From a phage, in sequence record PX421306.1: a DNA stretch of 64,000 nucleotides. One strand, 5' to 3'. Under the pieces are notes generated by a model. The model did not search any database. It was not told the origin of the DNA and saw only the letters and a list, made by a program, of their open reading frames with translations. Numbering within the stretch: the stretch's first letter is position 1; every line of letters begins with the position of its first letter. Of this stretch, positions 28,274-37,959 are shown one piece after another. A program made the position numbers and the translations under genes.

Positions 28274-28314
28274 AGGTCTATAATAACATGTTTAAAACAA
28301 AAGTAAACTATTTT
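28274..28314 (-). promoter_or_regulatory. Early promoter
   Basis: Minus GTTTAC (plus 28303-28308), 17 bp, TATTAT (plus 28280-28285). Confidence 0.55.
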
Positions 28315-28353
28315 ATTTCCTCAAGTTCGTTAATCAATAAAAGTTCTCTGACG

Positions 28354-28563
28354 CTAAAAACAAAAAAAAAATGTGTTCCCATCAACAAGAGCATGACCGC
28401 TAATAGAACACCCTCTGCGGAATTTAGAAACTTCACAATCTAGAACTGTAAAGGGTTTTAATCCTATGACTTTAGCTGTGCGTCTATTCAGTTCACAACC
28501 ACTCGCGAATTTTTCCAAATCTTCTTCTGATTTAAACTGATATTCTCTATTAACTAGCATCAT
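28354..28563 (-). CDS. Hypothetical protein (69 aa)
   Basis: ORF track; ATG confirmed. Confidence 0.65.
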   Translation of the reverse strand: MMLVNREYQFKSEEDLEKFASGCELNRRTAKVIGLKPFTVLDCEVSKFRRGCSISGHALVDGNTFFFCF

Positions 28564-28588
28564 TTTCTTTTCTCCGCGATTAGCTGAT

Positions 28589-28629
28589 AGAATTACTATA
28601 ACACAACTCTATCAGCTTGTAAACTACTA
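28589..28629 (-). promoter_or_regulatory. Early promoter
   Basis: Minus GTTTACAAGCTGA (plus 28619-28624), 18 bp, TATAGT (plus 28595-28600). Confidence 0.6.
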
Positions 28630-28884
28630 TTTTAAAACTTCTGTATAATCACATGTTACAAACTGTTTCTCTAACTTGACGATTTTACGAAAGTATCTTT
28701 TGCATTGGCGAATCTGCCGCTTTGTAGGGCGCACAGCAAATTTAATAAATTCCACTCGACCAAATGGAGGACTTTCTTCTGCTGGAATATCTAACACCAA
28801 TTCCCACGTATCTGCAACAAGTGCTTTGAATTGAGTATTTTTCCTGACATTATACGGAGTAGGTTTAAATAAAACAATATGCAT
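28627..28884 (-). CDS. Hypothetical protein (85 aa)
   Basis: Track ORF trimmed to ATG with SD GAGGATAAT; avoids overlap with the upstream gene (TAATATG junction). Confidence 0.6.
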   Translation of the reverse strand: MHIVLFKPTPYNVRKNTQFKALVADTWELVLDIPAEESPPFGRVEFIKFAVRPTKRQIRQCKRYFRKIVKLEKQFVTCDYTEVLK

Positions 28885-28885
28885 A

Positions 28886-29068
28886 TTATCCTCGGCAATC
28901 CACTTCACATACTTTCTTGTCATCAATGAAAGCTTTAACTAATGCTTTATTAACTTCAGCATATTGAGTAGTAGCCCATTGAACGTCATCTTTCATCATT
29001 GTGATTTCTTTAGTAAACATGCTTTCATTCTTAAACCACCCCATAAAAACTACTTTTACCAATTCCAT
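28886..29068 (-). CDS. dmd: Dmd-like antitoxin (discriminator of mRNA degradation), 60 aa
   Basis: MELVKVVFMGWFKNESMFTKEITMMKDDVQW...; 60 aa immediately downstream of gene 41 as in T4; SD GGAG; identity from memory. Confidence 0.6.
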   Translation of the reverse strand: MELVKVVFMGWFKNESMFTKEITMMKDDVQWATTQYAEVNKALVKAFIDDKKVCEVDCRG

Positions 29069-29091
29069 AAAAATCTCCTCATTTAACCAAC

Positions 29092-29132
29092 AAGACTACT
29101 ATACCATAGTCTTGTCAGCTTGTAAACTAAAA
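29092..29132 (-). promoter_or_regulatory. Early promoter
   Basis: Minus GTTTACAAGCTGA (plus 29122-29127), 18 bp, TGG + TATAGT (plus 29098-29103). Confidence 0.6.
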
Positions 29133-30554
29133 TTTTAATTCATTTGCCAAAGCATCTAACTGAGCTCGAGCCGATTCATTTCTTTGATAGCGGTTCTGTT
29201 CAGCCTGAATCTGCTGTGAACCTGCTACTTCGTTCACTTCAGTTGGAGTAGAATCTTGTTCAATTTCTACCCATTTCTGATTTCCTTTTTGAACGCCCAT
29301 CAAAAACTTATTCCATTTATTCTTATCACCGTATCGTGATTTGATTTGCTTAATGAGTTGTTGTTCAGCAGCTGCTAACTCCTCGGTTTCAATGACCGCA
29401 AGCATAAAATCGGCTGTTGCTGGAAGACCGGCAGATTCTGCAATATCGCTCATGTTAACATCAGAAGAATCCCAAGCTTGCTTACCAACCTGTGCTGCAG
29501 TCCAAAGAACAGTTTCGGTTTCAACAGCCAGAGCACGCAATTCTTCTGCGATGGCTTTAACAGTTGTGTAACTATTTTCTGAATAAACTCTAATGCGGCA
29601 AGATTTACAAATACCCAGATAGTCAACAATAATGATTGTTGGAACAAAATTCTTCTTGAGCTTTAATTCATTTAAAAGCGATCGAAATGTATTAGCGTCT
29701 GCTCCACCAGTAGGATACTGTTTAACGATTAAACGTCCAAGAGTAGATTTCTCACGCCATTTTTCCATTTTTCCTTTATATTCAGCGTAAGAAATATGCC
29801 CATCATCAATGTCATCAAGAGAAACATCGAGCATGTTAGCGTCAATACGCTTAGCACAGACTTCTTCTGCCATTTCCATGGAAATGTAAAGAACATTGTG
29901 TCCGAGCTGCAAATAATCTGCTGCCAATGAACACAGACCTAATGACTTACCGACGTTAACACCAGCCATTAAAACGTTCAGTGTTCCAGTCTCAGCTCCG
30001 CCTTTAGTAATTTTATTTAGAATTTTGAGTTTAAATGGAACCTTACGAGCTTTATTCATATAAGATAGCCAACGTGCTTCGTAGTCATCCATCCAATCAT
30101 GACCAACGTAGCTATCAAATGAAATTGATAATGCTTGGCGCATGATGTCAGGAATAGCACCTACATCTGGCATTTTCTTATTTCGTTTTTCCGGAGGAAG
30201 CTCAGCATTAGTTTGAATTTCAATTATTTTAGACGTGGCATTAAACATTGCCCTTTGCTGAACATATTTTTCTGTTTCTTTTACTAACCAGCTGTGGTCT
30301 TCTGGGGAATCAGCTAGTTTTGAAATAAGTGTTTTTACACCAGAATATTCTGTTTCAGTAAATGAACTATTTTCTAACGCAACATTTAACGCATTAATAG
30401 ATGGAACGCTATGATACTCGTTAACATGAGATTTAATTAATTTGAATGTATTTTTAGCTGGACCACTTTCAAAATATTCTGAATCCATATATGGCCAAAC
30501 TTTTGAAAAATAAGCTTGATCAAATATGAGATGAGAAAGAATAATTTCTACCAC
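29127..30554 (-). CDS. 41: Replicative DNA helicase gp41 (DnaB-like)
   Basis: 475 aa; GTG start preceded by AAGGAG; matches remembered T4 gp41. Confidence 0.95.
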   Translation of the reverse strand: MVEIILSHLIFDQAYFSKVWPYMDSEYFESGPAKNTFKLIKSHVNEYHSVPSINALNVALENSSFTETEYSGVKTLISKLADSPEDHSWLVKETEKYVQQRAMFNATSKIIEIQTNAELPPEKRNKKMPDVGAIPDIMRQALSISFDSYVGHDWMDDYEARWLSYMNKARKVPFKLKILNKITKGGAETGTLNVLMAGVNVGKSLGLCSLAADYLQLGHNVLYISMEMAEEVCAKRIDANMLDVSLDDIDDGHISYAEYKGKMEKWREKSTLGRLIVKQYPTGGADANTFRSLLNELKLKKNFVPTIIIVDYLGICKSCRIRVYSENSYTTVKAIAEELRALAVETETVLWTAAQVGKQAWDSSDVNMSDIAESAGLPATADFMLAVIETEELAAAEQQLIKQIKSRYGDKNKWNKFLMGVQKGNQKWVEIEQDSTPTEVNEVAGSQQIQAEQNRYQRNESARAQLDALANELKF

Positions 30555-30563
30555 ACTTACTCC

Positions 30564-30908
30564 TTAAAAGAATTTAAATTTTTTCTTTGACCTTTTATTA
30601 AATGCATCTTGTAGTTGCATTGTAATACATTTTTCTACATGAGGAGCTAACTCAGCTTTTCTTTCTTGGTCAAGAACAGCAAAGTCCATTACGACTTTTC
30701 CATCAACCCAATCTAATTTTGTCACATACACAATGTGTGTAGAACCGTCTTCTAGTTTAATGACAATCTCCTGGATAACATTTTCCATGGCAGATTTAAT
30801 TATCTTAAGAGATTCATTAAAAAGACGTTCTTTTCTTTCTTCTTCCCCCTCCGAAGAGGGGGATTCATCGATAATTTCTAGATCTAAATCTAAATCATCT
30901 TTATTCAT
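30564..30908 (-). CDS. 40: gp40 (head vertex assembly protein)
   Basis: Track ORF trimmed from GTG to an ATG that overlaps the uvsX stop; start site uncertain. Confidence 0.7.
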   Translation of the reverse strand: MNKDDLDLDLEIIDESPSSEGEEERKERLFNESLKIIKSAMENVIQEIVIKLEDGSTHIVYVTKLDWVDGKVVMDFAVLDQERKAELAPHVEKCITMQLQDAFNKRSKKKFKFF

Positions 30909-32082
30909 TAAATTCTTCCATATCACTTAACTGATCTAGGTCAGTTTCTAAATCAGCTGCTGATTTACTTTTACTTTCTGGAGATTTAAATTTTTCAACC
31001 TTTGAGTTAATCAATTCATCAACTTCAGCTTCAACAATTTCATTACTATCAATAGCACCTAACTGATAAGCGCGTTTAATAGCATCTCGGAATGGTTGAT
31101 GCTTAAATAAAGGACCCCAGAATGTAGTGCAATTGGTATCTTTTGCACGCCAAGATTTTTCTTCGCGAATCATCTCGCCGGTTTCTTCATCAAGAAATTC
31201 ACGAGCATACCAACCATTTTTAGGTTTTACTACAAATCCTAATTCAAGAGCCATATCTAACAATCCGGAATAAGGATCGATGCCACCGTCAAATTTAACA
31301 TCAATAAAGAATTTACTTTTTTCTTTAACGGTACGAGATTTTTCTACATTTAGAACAAATTGATACCCCTGAAGATCAGAACCATCTTTAATCTGGCGCT
31401 TACCGATAATGAATACAGTATCAGCCGAATACATTACGCCTGTACCACCTGTCATCACGGTTTTACTAAACATTTCAATTGTTTCAATTGTATGGTTAAC
31501 CGCAACGCACGGAATGTTTTTAATACTAAAATAAGGAGTAACAATACGGAATAATGACTTCAGTGATTTAGCACGAGTCATATCTGCCACGGATTTTTCA
31601 TTCAAGGCATCTTCCGTTTCTTTCTTAGAAGCCATATTACCGATTGAGTCGATGAATACAATAACTTTTTCACCACGCTCAATAGCTTCAAGCTGATTCA
31701 CCATATCAATTTTCAGCTGTTCAACTGACTGAATTGGCGTATGAATTACTCGTTCCGGGTCAACTCCCATGGATCGCAAATAAGCTGGAGTAATACCAAA
31801 TTCGCTATCATAGAATAAACAAACCGCATCAGGATATTTGTTCAAATACGCCGCAACCATAGTCAAAGACATATTTGATTTAAAGTGTTTAGAAGGACCT
31901 GCAAAAATAGTTAAACCAGACTGCATACCACCATCAATCGCGCCGGAAATAGCGATATTGAGCATTGGAATTTTTGTACGGATTACATCCTTTTCATTAA
32001 AGAATTTAGATGTAGTCAGTTCAGCAGTCATTTTAGAAGTGGAAGCTTTAATCAAACGGGATTTTAAATCTGCAATAGACAT
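30901..32082 (-). CDS. uvsX: UvsX recombinase (RecA-like)
   Basis: 393 aa; matches remembered T4 UvsX across its length. Confidence 0.95.
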   Translation of the reverse strand: MSIADLKSRLIKASTSKMTAELTTSKFFNEKDVIRTKIPMLNIAISGAIDGGMQSGLTIFAGPSKHFKSNMSLTMVAAYLNKYPDAVCLFYDSEFGITPAYLRSMGVDPERVIHTPIQSVEQLKIDMVNQLEAIERGEKVIVFIDSIGNMASKKETEDALNEKSVADMTRAKSLKSLFRIVTPYFSIKNIPCVAVNHTIETIEMFSKTVMTGGTGVMYSADTVFIIGKRQIKDGSDLQGYQFVLNVEKSRTVKEKSKFFIDVKFDGGIDPYSGLLDMALELGFVVKPKNGWYAREFLDEETGEMIREEKSWRAKDTNCTTFWGPLFKHQPFRDAIKRAYQLGAIDSNEIVEAEVDELINSKVEKFKSPESKSKSAADLETDLDQLSDMEEFNE

Positions 32083-32159
32083 TCATTTTTTCCATAGGCA
32101 TCATCATATTTTCCTCACTGGTTAAAGATAGAGTAATTATAACACAATAAATTTAGGCA

Positions 32160-33002
32160 TTAATCAACTGCTATTGGATGAATAGCATTAAACTTATGAA
32201 ACGCTTCTGATTTTTCTTTGCGCGAAACACACATGCGAAGAACCTTTAATGGCTCGTCTTCTTCACCCAACGATTTTCGTTTTTCAATATTAGAAGTTTT
32301 CCAACGAGCTTGCTCTGGAAACTCTTTATTGATTTGCTCAAGAGCTCTATTATGTTTTGAATTACTACGAATTGAACTACATCCGCCTGGAGCTTGTGCT
32401 TTTCCAGACACAACCAGATATTTGAACAAAGCCAAATGCGGATAACCTTGGTTAATTAAATTGAGAAATGCATACATATCTTCACATAAATCAATTTTTC
32501 CATACCCAATTTGTTCTGTAGTAAGTTTTCCGAGGTCATACCATGTATTCGTGAATCCATATGAATTTTCACGATAATTACCCCAAGATGAAGTAATTTT
32601 AAAAATAGGTAGACGAGCATGACCGTGATAATACCCGCAATCCATGGCATCTTCCACGTATTGAATCAATTCATAGAACTGTTCACGAGTTAACTGATTA
32701 ATTTTATCTACGCAGCGACGATCATCTTTCTTTCGCATTGAACTCATACGAATAGTAGTATCATCATCAATCATCCAAATTCGTTGACCTGCATACATAT
32801 CAGTAATTGCTTTACGAGTTCCAGCAATTCCATTAACATCATCAGGAATAGTTATAATTTTAGCTCTAGACCCGTAAGCGTCATAATAAGCTTTTTCTTC
32901 GTGTTCACGTACTACAATATGAGGTTCATAATCAGTCGGAAACATATCAAGGGCAGAAACTGTCCCTACGCGTTGATAGCTTGGAATTACGAATTGAATC
33001 AT
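32160..33002 (-). CDS. Putative DNA glycosyltransferase (GT-A-like, DDD motif) at the beta-gt locus
   Basis: 280 aa from ATG (track start is an upstream GTG); N-terminal FVIPSYQR and IWMIDDD motif; ATG overlaps gene 42 stop; T4 has a 351-aa beta-gt here. Confidence 0.8.
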   Translation of the reverse strand: MIQFVIPSYQRVGTVSALDMFPTDYEPHIVVREHEEKAYYDAYGSRAKIITIPDDVNGIAGTRKAITDMYAGQRIWMIDDDTTIRMSSMRKKDDRRCVDKINQLTREQFYELIQYVEDAMDCGYYHGHARLPIFKITSSWGNYRENSYGFTNTWYDLGKLTTEQIGYGKIDLCEDMYAFLNLINQGYPHLALFKYLVVSGKAQAPGGCSSIRSNSKHNRALEQINKEFPEQARWKTSNIEKRKSLGEEDEPLKVLRMCVSRKEKSEAFHKFNAIHPIAVD

Positions 33003-33739
33003 TTCCACTCACCGTTATAATCTTTTTTCGCAATATGAGTTTCGCCAGTTTTCCACCAATGGTCAACCAAATAAAAATGACGGGAATACACATGAAGGCT
33101 TCCGACATTCCATATAATGGAACCTGCTTTATACTGACGAGTTGAATCACCTGCATTCAAATCAGATACTAATTTATCTAGTACGTATTTTTGCCATGCA
33201 TAATCATTACGGAATCCGAAGACCACGTCATTTGAACGCATGTTAACCACTGCATTAATTTTCTTATCACGAATCAGATACTGTACTGTATTCGTACACA
33301 TGAAATCTGACATGCCATCTTTATTGTAGTCAAACTGCATGGATGGACGAGTATAAATCATGATACCACGTCGAGAATCAGGATTTTGACCAAGTTCAGC
33401 TAAACACATATCATATTGGGCATAGTTATCTTCTGACCAGATGGCCCAACCATAATTCGAGTTAATTTCGCCTTTAGAAGATGCTACCTGCTGCCAAATC
33501 TTTGGTGTTTCACCTGGAATATCTTTAACAAACAGACTTTGAGACTTATACCATTCAAGTTCACGCTGAATGTATTCATCATTAAGAGCGCCAAAAATAA
33601 AAGGTTCATCTGCTACAAATGATGCACCAATAATTTCAATAGTTTTAACCCCGGTTTTATCAATTACGAAATCTTTTTCCTTTAATGCAAGACCCAAATC
33701 AAGACGGATTTCTTCAACTGTCATATAATCGTTAATCAT
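32999..33739 (-). CDS. 42: dCMP hydroxymethylase gp42
   Basis: 246 aa; thymidylate-synthase-like; length and position match T4 gp42. Confidence 0.95.
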   Translation of the reverse strand: MINDYMTVEEIRLDLGLALKEKDFVIDKTGVKTIEIIGASFVADEPFIFGALNDEYIQRELEWYKSQSLFVKDIPGETPKIWQQVASSKGEINSNYGWAIWSEDNYAQYDMCLAELGQNPDSRRGIMIYTRPSMQFDYNKDGMSDFMCTNTVQYLIRDKKINAVVNMRSNDVVFGFRNDYAWQKYVLDKLVSDLNAGDSTRQYKAGSIIWNVGSLHVYSRHFYLVDHWWKTGETHIAKKDYNGEWK

Positions 33740-33746
33740 TTAAACC

Positions 33747-33896
33747 TCAATTGATGCATTCATATTTAATTTGTAACAGTAATAAACTCCAACCTATAAT
33801 AAGTGGCGGAATCATAAGAGGAACTGTTACGCTATAGTATATACTTATTATAATCATCAAGATTAAAAGCAATACTGCTAAAATTTTGCTTTTCAT
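33747..33896 (-). CDS. Small hydrophobic peptide (49 aa)
   Basis: Hand-translated MKSKILAVLLLILMIIISIYYSVTVPLMIPPLIIGWSLLLL...; ATG overlaps the upstream stop. Confidence 0.5.
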   Translation of the reverse strand: MKSKILAVLLLILMIIISIYYSVTVPLMIPPLIIGWSLLLLQIKYECIN

Positions 33897-34144
33897 TCCT
33901 TCTCTCTGATGATAATTACTTGATTTTGCTGTACAGATTTTTTAGTTTCACCTGCAATTGACCAAATAAATGTAATAAACCAACCAATGATTGACCAGTT
34001 AAACAGTAAAGATGTGAAAAAGATTCCTACTGTCGATTTTGACCCACGCATCAAGGCGATGAACCACGGAAGCATGTATATAATAATAGCCAACACGCCT
34101 GAAACTAAAACCATAAAAATTGAACCTGCTACTAAAGTTTCCAT
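33893..34144 (-). CDS. imm: Superinfection immunity membrane protein Imm
   Basis: 83 aa with two hydrophobic segments; between genes 42 and 43 as in T4. Confidence 0.75.
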   Translation of the reverse strand: METLVAGSIFMVLVSGVLAIIIYMLPWFIALMRGSKSTVGIFFTSLLFNWSIIGWFITFIWSIAGETKKSVQQNQVIIIREKE

Positions 34145-34151
34145 ATTTTCC

Positions 34152-34532
34152 TCACTTAGTCAAATTTTTTACACATGAATTATAAGAATTTACTACATAC
34201 TCCATCGGAGCATTTTTACCAGTACGCCATTGGTAATTATTAGCCCAATTTGCCCAAAGTTCAGCACAGTAGTTTTCAATTTTTTCTTCACGCGTAATCA
34301 CATCTGAATTACGATATGCTTGTGCAGATTCATCTGGACGAATAGCTTCGTCAAAATTCGCCTGCATTTGTTCTACTGTCTGTTTTGGAGCCTCTTTATA
34401 ACACTTGACGTTAGGATTATAAAATTTGCTTGAACAGTTTACAATTTTTCCTACATCAGACTGATTTACTACTGGTCCTTGAGCTACACATCCAGTAAGA
34501 CCCAATGCAATAACCAAAATAGCGATTTTCAT
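34152..34532 (-). CDS. Putative lipoprotein (126 aa)
   Basis: Signal peptide MKIAILVIALGLTGC (lipobox). Confidence 0.75.
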   Translation of the reverse strand: MKIAILVIALGLTGCVAQGPVVNQSDVGKIVNCSSKFYNPNVKCYKEAPKQTVEQMQANFDEAIRPDESAQAYRNSDVITREEKIENYCAELWANWANNYQWRTGKNAPMEYVVNSYNSCVKNLTK

Positions 34533-34542
34533 AATAATTTCC

Positions 34543-34779
34543 TCAAATACAAGTAGTAATTACTCCAGTAGTGCTTACACAGGTATTACCTAATTGAACA
34601 CCCAGCGTTCCATTAGTATTCATATGAAGATTATCATCAATTTTTGTTGATACTTTACCATTCATGTGAATAATAGTATTAGATTCAATCACATTCTGAG
34701 TGTCATTTTCAATATCAATAAATGGAACAGTTGCTAATGCAACTAAACACACTGCTAAACAACCATAAACAATTTTCAT
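34543..34779 (-). CDS. Secreted/membrane protein (78 aa)
   Basis: Track ORF trimmed to ATG after conserved leader GGAGAATAAAATG; hydrophobic N-terminus. Confidence 0.65.
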   Translation of the reverse strand: MKIVYGCLAVCLVALATVPFIDIENDTQNVIESNTIIHMNGKVSTKIDDNLHMNTNGTLGVQLGNTCVSTTGVITTCI

Positions 34780-34807
34780 TTTATTCTCCAAATCCGTATC
34801 AGTTGAT

Positions 34808-34848
34808 AGTTGTATAGTATCATGGAAGAACGGGAATGTAAACAGTTT
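34808..34848 (-). promoter_or_regulatory. Early promoter (cassette copy)
   Basis: Minus GTTTAC (plus 34838-34843), 18 bp, TACTAT (plus 34814-34819). Confidence 0.55.
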
Positions 34849-34925
34849 TGTGAAAAAAATTTTTAATGAATTTACAGGACCTAGAATCATCTATTTTTCC
34901 TAAGTATAGATTTATATTACTTGTA

Positions 34926-34948
34926 TGAAAAAGGGACCCGGAGGTCCC
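34926..34948 (-). terminator. Intrinsic terminator downstream of gene 43
   Basis: gggacc-cgga-ggtccc with a plus-strand A-run on the 5' side. Confidence 0.7.
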
Positions 34949-34961
34949 TAGATTTATTCTA

Positions 34962-37658
34962 TCAGCCAAACAGGAAGTCTAACGAAGCTTTTTCTTCATA
35001 GTCCATACCCGCCGATTCACACATACCCGCAAGCGGTTTAACAAACGATTTTTGGAACAAAGTTGAGTAGTCAATCCAAGATAGTACGTCAGAGCGAATT
35101 TCTTTTGGAAGTTCCGTACCCGACGGCCAAGCAATACACTTGTCACCAAATGGATTTCCCTCACGTAATGGAAGAACCATTACCTTATTTCCATCCAAAA
35201 TTGGAGCTACACCTAAACCACTAACAGCTCGACGATAAGTTAGTACACCACGAATATGGAACGGGCATTTAAACCCTGGCCAACCTTTATCGTCATATTT
35301 CGCTATATCGTTCGCGGTTTTTACTTCAGCAATAACTTTATAGTCAAGTTGACGGTATTCTTTCTCAAAGTTCTTATAGTATTCTTGGACAGACTCTTCG
35401 CCTTCCTGAAGAATACGACGAATACTTTCTTCGAGAGCTTCTTGTACTGCTTTTGGTGTTGAACTCTGCTGAGTTTCCATACCCATGATTTTTAGATGCG
35501 GTTCAGCAAATCGCTTATCTTCCATATCATAAACGTTCAGAGCATAACGTTTTTTCGCTTTCCAAAATCCACCAACACCCTTTGAACCAAGTGGAGGGCA
35601 AGAAATAGCTTCACGGTCCATATGCATCAGATGCTCGCGGTTATTCATATAATCACATAACTCACGATATGCAACATCAATCATAGGTTCCATCTTTTTC
35701 TTACCAAACTGATTCATGAATTCAACTAAATCATTTTGTTCTTTAAAGCGATCAAGACCTACTTTTTCAATTACTTTATCTACACAAACATATACCGAAT
35801 CAGTATCACCCGCGGCGATGAAATCTTCACCATCAGTTCCACATACTTTATTCAGATATTCATTAATTTTGCGAGCAATCCACTGAATACCGACTTGACC
35901 GAAAATTGTGATAGCAGTAGCATTTCGCAAATCATAGTAACGGAAATGAATATTACCAAGAGCACCATAAAGACTGTTGATAAGAATTTTACGGTTCAGC
36001 TGATTTGTGTTAGCAAGTGTAGCTGCTTTTTCACATTCTTCGATCAGACTATTAAGAACAGATTCGGTGTAATTCGATAATTCGTTTAAGAAATCATCAC
36101 TGAACTTAACATATCGTTCAACTTCTGGTTTAGTTGAGCAAGACCCTGCACCTTTCATAATAATCTTTTTAATAGCTTCGGCATTCATTTCTTCAGCGAA
36201 CATTTTCTTTTTCCAATCTTTACGCTGGAAAAATACTTTAGCGATTTCCTTTGGAATGATACCTTCTTGGTGCTTATCATACATCCATCCATTCGGAGAG
36301 CAAGAATATTCATCACTTGGCTTAGGAGCTGTTCCTGCGATATATTCATGAATTGGATGAACTTTAAACTGTCCACGAATAGTCTCAGGACTAATGTTAA
36401 CCTGACGAATAATGCTAGGATACAGAGACGTCAAGTCAAAACTCATAATGTATCGACGAGCAATCGGTTTAGGTTCAAACACAAATGCACCTGGAAAACT
36501 CTGTTTAACGTGCGAACCTTGTTGAGGAATAACCTTATGTTCACCTTTCAATGAGTTAAAAATAATAGCATCCCAAGTTTTAATAGGACTCATTACACCA
36601 GAAAAAGGCATTTTAGCATAATAAGACATACTTAAAACTAGATCGATAAACCCACGAATTTTATCAATTGCTTGAACTGATTCTACGTCAATAATGTTAT
36701 AACTAATGTATCGTTGATGATTAGTCTCACGAAGTTTATTAATAGGACCATCGTACGGCAATTTACCTTTTTTGGTTTCATGTTGAGCAACTGATTCCAA
36801 AGAGAACGATGGCAAATTAGTAAATGCGAATTTTTTGTACAAATCTAAATAATCAAGAATAGATACGCCATCAATAGAATAAATTTCTTTGCTACCGTAC
36901 ATATTTTGAATTAGTTTAGATTTTACTCGACCGATTGGAGAGAAGCGTTTCATACTGCGTTCGCCCAGAACCATTTTAACGCGATTCATGATATACGGAA
37001 CGTCAAATCCCTCAATATTCCAACCGGTAAAAATAGCAGGTCGTTTCTGTTCCCAGAGATTAATATATTCCATGAGCATATCACGCTCATTATCGAATGG
37101 CATATAAATTACTCGGTCAAGAATTTCTTGAGGAACTTCATCACCACCTTCACAGTCAAGCTTAGCAGCTAACTTTGCATCCCATTTTGATACTGAACCG
37201 TACATTGAATTCAACAAATCAAAGACGTAAAAACGGTCGTCAATTGAATCGTAATGAGTGATAGCATCAATTTCATATTCTGCTTTCATTGGGTCAGGAA
37301 ATTTATCACCAGTAACCTCAATGTCACAGTTAGCTACACGAACAAATTTTCGGTCATAAACAATTTCTGAACCATATGTATCACTGATATAAGCGAGTTT
37401 AAAATCGTTCATACCGAGAGCTTCGAGACCGATGTCTTCCATTCGTTTCATCCAATCTCGTGCATCTTTCATTGATGGAAATTTTTGAGGAGCACAGTTT
37501 TTACCATAAATGTCTTTGTATTTTGACTCTTCCTTACAATGCCTAAACATAGTCGGAAGATATTCTACTTCACGAGTACGTTCCTTTCCGTTTTCATCAA
37601 TATAACGCTCAACAATATTATTTCCGACTGTTTCGATAGAGATATAAAATTCTTTCAT
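34962..37658 (-). CDS. 43: DNA polymerase gp43 (family B)
   Basis: 898 aa MKEFYISIETVGNNIVERYIDENG...; matches remembered T4 gp43. Confidence 0.97.
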   Translation of the reverse strand: MKEFYISIETVGNNIVERYIDENGKERTREVEYLPTMFRHCKEESKYKDIYGKNCAPQKFPSMKDARDWMKRMEDIGLEALGMNDFKLAYISDTYGSEIVYDRKFVRVANCDIEVTGDKFPDPMKAEYEIDAITHYDSIDDRFYVFDLLNSMYGSVSKWDAKLAAKLDCEGGDEVPQEILDRVIYMPFDNERDMLMEYINLWEQKRPAIFTGWNIEGFDVPYIMNRVKMVLGERSMKRFSPIGRVKSKLIQNMYGSKEIYSIDGVSILDYLDLYKKFAFTNLPSFSLESVAQHETKKGKLPYDGPINKLRETNHQRYISYNIIDVESVQAIDKIRGFIDLVLSMSYYAKMPFSGVMSPIKTWDAIIFNSLKGEHKVIPQQGSHVKQSFPGAFVFEPKPIARRYIMSFDLTSLYPSIIRQVNISPETIRGQFKVHPIHEYIAGTAPKPSDEYSCSPNGWMYDKHQEGIIPKEIAKVFFQRKDWKKKMFAEEMNAEAIKKIIMKGAGSCSTKPEVERYVKFSDDFLNELSNYTESVLNSLIEECEKAATLANTNQLNRKILINSLYGALGNIHFRYYDLRNATAITIFGQVGIQWIARKINEYLNKVCGTDGEDFIAAGDTDSVYVCVDKVIEKVGLDRFKEQNDLVEFMNQFGKKKMEPMIDVAYRELCDYMNNREHLMHMDREAISCPPLGSKGVGGFWKAKKRYALNVYDMEDKRFAEPHLKIMGMETQQSSTPKAVQEALEESIRRILQEGEESVQEYYKNFEKEYRQLDYKVIAEVKTANDIAKYDDKGWPGFKCPFHIRGVLTYRRAVSGLGVAPILDGNKVMVLPLREGNPFGDKCIAWPSGTELPKEIRSDVLSWIDYSTLFQKSFVKPLAGMCESAGMDYEEKASLDFLFG

Positions 37659-37700
37659 AGATATTCCTTAGTTTATAGCCCGAGTTATTAGGCTCTTGAT
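37659..37700 (-). promoter_or_regulatory. Gene 43 translational operator (autoregulatory hairpin plus SD)
   Basis: Minus-strand leader AAGAGCCUAAUAACUCGGGCUAUAAACUAAGGAAUAUCUAUG: short stem with 8-nt loop next to the SD, as described for T4 gene 43. Confidence 0.65.
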
Positions 37701-37710
37701 ATATTATACT

Positions 37711-37734
37711 CCAAATAAGGGGCCGAAGCCCCTT
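37711..37734 (-). terminator. Terminator hairpin with CGAA/UUCG loop upstream of the gene 43 leader
   Basis: aaggggc-cgaa-gcccctt. Confidence 0.6.
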
Positions 37735-37736
37735 GC

Positions 37737-37958
37737 TTAAATTAATACCGTTTGTCGGTGAAAAATTGTCAATCCATCTGCATTAATTGACTTAACCACT
37801 GCGGTAAAGTGTTTTTGTTCTGGGTGAACTAATTTTTGAAATTCTACCTGAAATTTTAGTTGGAGATTTTCTGGTAAATCAAAAAGTGTTTCTGTTGCAG
37901 AAAGATTATATTTTTCTTTAAGAGACGCCATGTATTCTTGCGGGGTTATAGCAGTCAT
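37737..37958 (-). CDS. Hypothetical protein (73 aa) between regA and gene 43
   Basis: Track ORF (TTG start) trimmed to ATG; followed by a terminator. Confidence 0.45.
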   Translation of the reverse strand: MTAITPQEYMASLKEKYNLSATETLFDLPENLQLKFQVEFQKLVHPEQKHFTAVVKSINADGLTIFHRQTVLI

Positions 37959-37959
37959 A

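Noticed and set aside
32083-32160. MotA-dependent middle promoter upstream of uvsX
   Set aside because: A TATAAT is present, but the box 12 bp upstream reads TGCCT rather than TGCTT; not called
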